A stretch of DNA of 62,630 nt, counting the filler. It is 12 parts of 12 records of this genome, joined end to end, with 100 filler letters (N's around TTAATTAATTAA, not from the genome) between each part and the next. Parts side by side here need not be neighbours in the genome. Positions count along the whole stretch, not along the records: positions 56,847 to 62,630 come from SRR7504441_10033; 11 more parts are not named here. One strand, given 5' to 3'. Positions 59,978 to 62,630 of this stretch are shown here, piece by piece. Position 1 is the first letter of the stretch; each line of letters begins with the position of its first letter. The notes under the pieces are model-generated. The model was not told where the DNA came from. It ran no database searches and saw nothing but the letters and a program-made list of their open reading frames with translations. A program made the translations under genes and the position numbers.

Positions 59978-60644
59978 ATGATGCACAGGCAGCTCTCACA
60001 GGCTGAGGTGGCGCACACCGCCGAGTGCGCCTGCGGTCGGGCGGCTGGGGAGCGCCGGGGCAGGTTCGTTGTCTCGCAGCGCACCCCGCAAGCAGTCCGG
60101 CCGCCCCAGGCCTGGCCCGGGAACGCGTGAGCCTGCCTCTCCTCCGGCCTGAGCCCGGCCGCAGCTACATGAGCCCGTCCGACTTCAGGCTCTCCCCCAT
60201 GAGCCAAAAGTTCCTAAGGGGCAGCCGCAAGCAGCGGGTCCTGGTCAGGTCCGCACAACCGCCCTGGGGCCGCCCGGAGCCGGGGCCAGCGCTCGGGCGA
60301 TGGAGCTGCCGGCCGACCCAGGTTTCGCCCCGGAGCGGGAGGAGACGTTCATGGAGGACAAGGAGAACGGGTTTGTCCCAGTGATGCTGGTGCGGCCCCG
60401 ATCGCCGCCCGAGCTGACCCAGCGCAGGGCCCGAGGCGGCCGGAGAAATCGTTTGGGGCCAGCCTAAATAGGAACGCGGCCAAGCCGATGGGCCCTCCGA
60501 TGGCGCTCAAGCCGAGGTATGCAGGCCGGCCGGCGTGGTCTGAGCGGAGGCAGGCTGCCGCCCAAGAGCAAGGGGCTCTCGGTCTCGAGTGGGCCTGCCA
60601 ACATTGCGCTTGGCCCGAGCAACCGGATGCGGATGAGCAGGTAG
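59978..60644 (+). CDS. Small disordered protein with Spo12-like motif and KEN box
   Basis: Spliced product contains YMSPSDFRLSPMSQKFL and MEDKENGF. Four or five introns of 37-41 nt. Confidence 0.55.
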
Positions 60645-60741
60645 ATATAACAGCAGACTGTAAACTAACACAGTCGACGCTAATCACAGTCGACACCACG
60701 CCTGATGGCACCCAGATACGTAATTGCATATACAAAAACTT

Positions 60742-61715
60742 TTAGTTGTGTTGGCCGGCTTGAATCTGCGCAAGCCGCTCAGTCGTCTCTTTTTGCTCTA
60801 CGGAGATTCTTTCGGCGATCTCCTCCAGCACGCCCTCGACCGTCTGCAGGCTGTCCTGGATCGCCCGCCCGATCTCCGGCTCGGCCTGCTCGCTCAAGCA
60901 TTGGTCTGCCGCCTCGTGCAGCGTCTGCATCAGCTCGACCAAGTACGCGCCGTGCAGCCCCGCGTCCCACTCGCCCAGTCCCTCCCGCGCCGTGCCCGCC
61001 TGCCCCGCACCGTCGGCTCCCCCTCCCCAGCCCCTACCTGGGCCACCGCCAGTCGCAGCGCTTGCTGGGCCTGCGGCCTGCTCCCCCGTCAAACCGCCCA
61101 GCAGCCAACGCACAGGCTGCCCTTTCCCTTTAGCGCGGCCGCTGAGTGGCTCGCCTGCCGCTCCACCGCCTGGAGCACAAGCCCGACCTCCTCGCCTGCC
61201 GCTCCAGCCGTCCGGCCGGTCTCTCTCGCCTGCGCGATCCACCCGAGCTGCTGCTCCGCCTCGGCCAGCTCGCCGGCCAGCCGCTCGACGCATGCGGCCT
61301 CCTGCTCGGCCGCCCCCGCCCGGAACCTGTCCTCGGCCGGGTCCGTCGCCCGCAGCACCCCCGCGGCCTCGGGGCGGAGCGCCGGGTTGTCTTCCACCGC
61401 CCGCAGCACCGCCCTGGCCTTGGCGGCCCGCTCGCACAGCTCGGCCGCCGCCGCCCGCAGCTCGGCCGCCAGTCCGGTGCAGCCCGCCCGCACCGCCGCG
61501 AGCTGGCCGGCCGCGCTGAGCCGGGCGACTCGGTTGGCCATCCCCGGCAGCCCGGCCAGCTCGAGCCTCTCTCGGCTAGCTGCCAGCTGGTCGGAGACCC
61601 CGGCCAGCCGAGAGAGGGCCGCCCGGCGCAGCCCGGCCTCCCACTGCTCCCGCACCTGCCCCGGCTCGCCCCAGCCCGGCAGCCGGCCCACCTGGCCACT
61701 GGCCAGCAGTGCCAT
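60742..61715 (-). CDS. Hypothetical helical/coiled-coil protein
   Basis: Spliced frame MALLASGQ...LQTVEGVLEEIAERISVEQKE, with 36-38 nt GT-AG introns near 60995-61115. Confidence 0.55.
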
Positions 61716-61746
61716 CTGCCTGCCGGGGACCTGCACCGGAGTTTGG

Positions 61747-62630
61747 ATGGCCGATGGGTCGGTCCGGAGGCGACTGGCGGCCCGTTTGGCCCAGGGCGGG
61801 CCGAGTGCAGGGCCGCGGGCAATCGGACTGCTGCGGGCGGCCGTGTCGCTCGCGCTGCCCCGGCGGGAAGAGGGCGCGCTCCGGGCCTGGCGGGCGGGCT
61901 GCGGGCGGGCTCGGGCAGGCGGGTGCGCGCTCCGCTGGGCGCTGGCCCAGATGGCCCGGGAGGCGGGGGCGCGCTGGCTGGCCGGCTGGGGGGAGGGCCG
62001 GGCTCGGGCGGGGCTCTCGTGTGCGCTGCTCTGCTGGTGGGGCGGGATGTGCGCCGGGAGGGCCAGGGAGCAGTACGAGCTCGGCCGGCGCCGGCTGGAC
62101 CAGCAGCAGCAAAGGCTGAGCCAGCTGGCCGCCAGCGCCGCCCAGCAGGCAGCCGCGGCTGAGTCAGCCGGGCGGGCGGCCGAGACCTCGCGGGAGGCGA
62201 CCAAGCTGATCGCCGGCCGGGTGCGGGCCGACCAGAAGCAGCTCGCGGCTGACCAGCGGCTCGCGGCTGACCAGCGGGCTGAGCTTGAGCTGCGGCTGGA
62301 GCGGGCGGACAGCCTGGATCAGCGGCTGGCCGAGGAGCGGCTCAGACTAGCCGAGGAGCGGGCCGGGCTAGCCGGGCAGTTGGAGCGTGCTGCTGAGGAC
62401 AGGAGGGCGGCCGAGCGGCTATCCCAGAGCGCCCAGCAGGACAGACAGGCGGTCCAGGTCGAGCTGGCCGAGCTCCAGCAGGCGAGGGGCCAGCTGGCCG
62501 TCGAGCGGGAGGCGGCGGGCGAGGAGCGGCGGCTGCTGTTGGAGCTGAAGGCTGAGCTCGAGCCCTGGAGAGACGCGGCGGCCTGCGACCGGCGGCAGGC
62601 CTTAGTAGCCACCGTGTGTGCCTGGGGGCG
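61747..62630 (+). CDS. Coiled-coil protein, 3' partial (absent from the ORF track because it has no stop)
   Basis: Open from the ATG at 61747 (MADGSVRRRL) to the window end, with E/Q/R/A/L heptads. Confidence 0.65.
   Translation, partial: MADGSVRRRLAARLAQGGPSAGPRAIGLLRAAVSLALPRREEGALRAWRAGCGRARAGGCALRWALAQMAREAGARWLAGWGEGRARAGLSCALLCWWGGMCAGRAREQYELGRRRLDQQQQRLSQLAASAAQQAAAAESAGRAAETSREATKLIAGRVRADQKQLAADQRLAADQRAELELRLERADSLDQRLAEERLRLAEERAGLAGQLERAAEDRRAAERLSQSAQQDRQAVQVELAELQQARGQLAVEREAAGEERRLLLELKAELEPWRDAAACDRRQALVATVCAWG

Noticed and set aside
1-62630. Operon, defence island or gene cluster spanning the window
   Set aside because: The window is twelve unrelated contigs of intron-containing eukaryotic genes; adjacency across spacers is artificial.

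Overview
This is not one locus. It is 12 contigs joined by 11 artificial 100-nt spacers (44 N + TTAATTAATTAA + 44 N), so gene neighbourhoods are only meaningful within a contig. The DNA is a compact, GC-rich eukaryotic (protist-like) nuclear genome read with the standard code. It holds about 35 genes interrupted by very short spliceosomal introns (mostly 35-46 nt, degenerate donors, several GC-AG), so the supplied ORF track is fragmented and most overlapping antisense ORFs are shadows. I see no rRNA, tRNA, CRISPR or transposase. Genome-level signals: (1) two 43-nt introns at unrelated sites of one lipase gene are 36/43 identical, suggesting recent intron copying; (2) recurrent 10-11 bp tandem duplications in non-coding DNA; (3) head-to-head gene pairs with only about 18-45 bp between inferred start codons; (4) TACATGTA in convergent spacers. 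Unusual inferred architectures: MADS-box + F-box; HTH + class II HDAC + HTH; histidine phosphatase + UBA + C45 Ntn hydrolase; HET/TIR-like + LRR + TM; a purple-acid-phosphatase homologue lacking most metal ligands. All gene models were spliced by hand and all domain calls are by motif recognition, with no database search.
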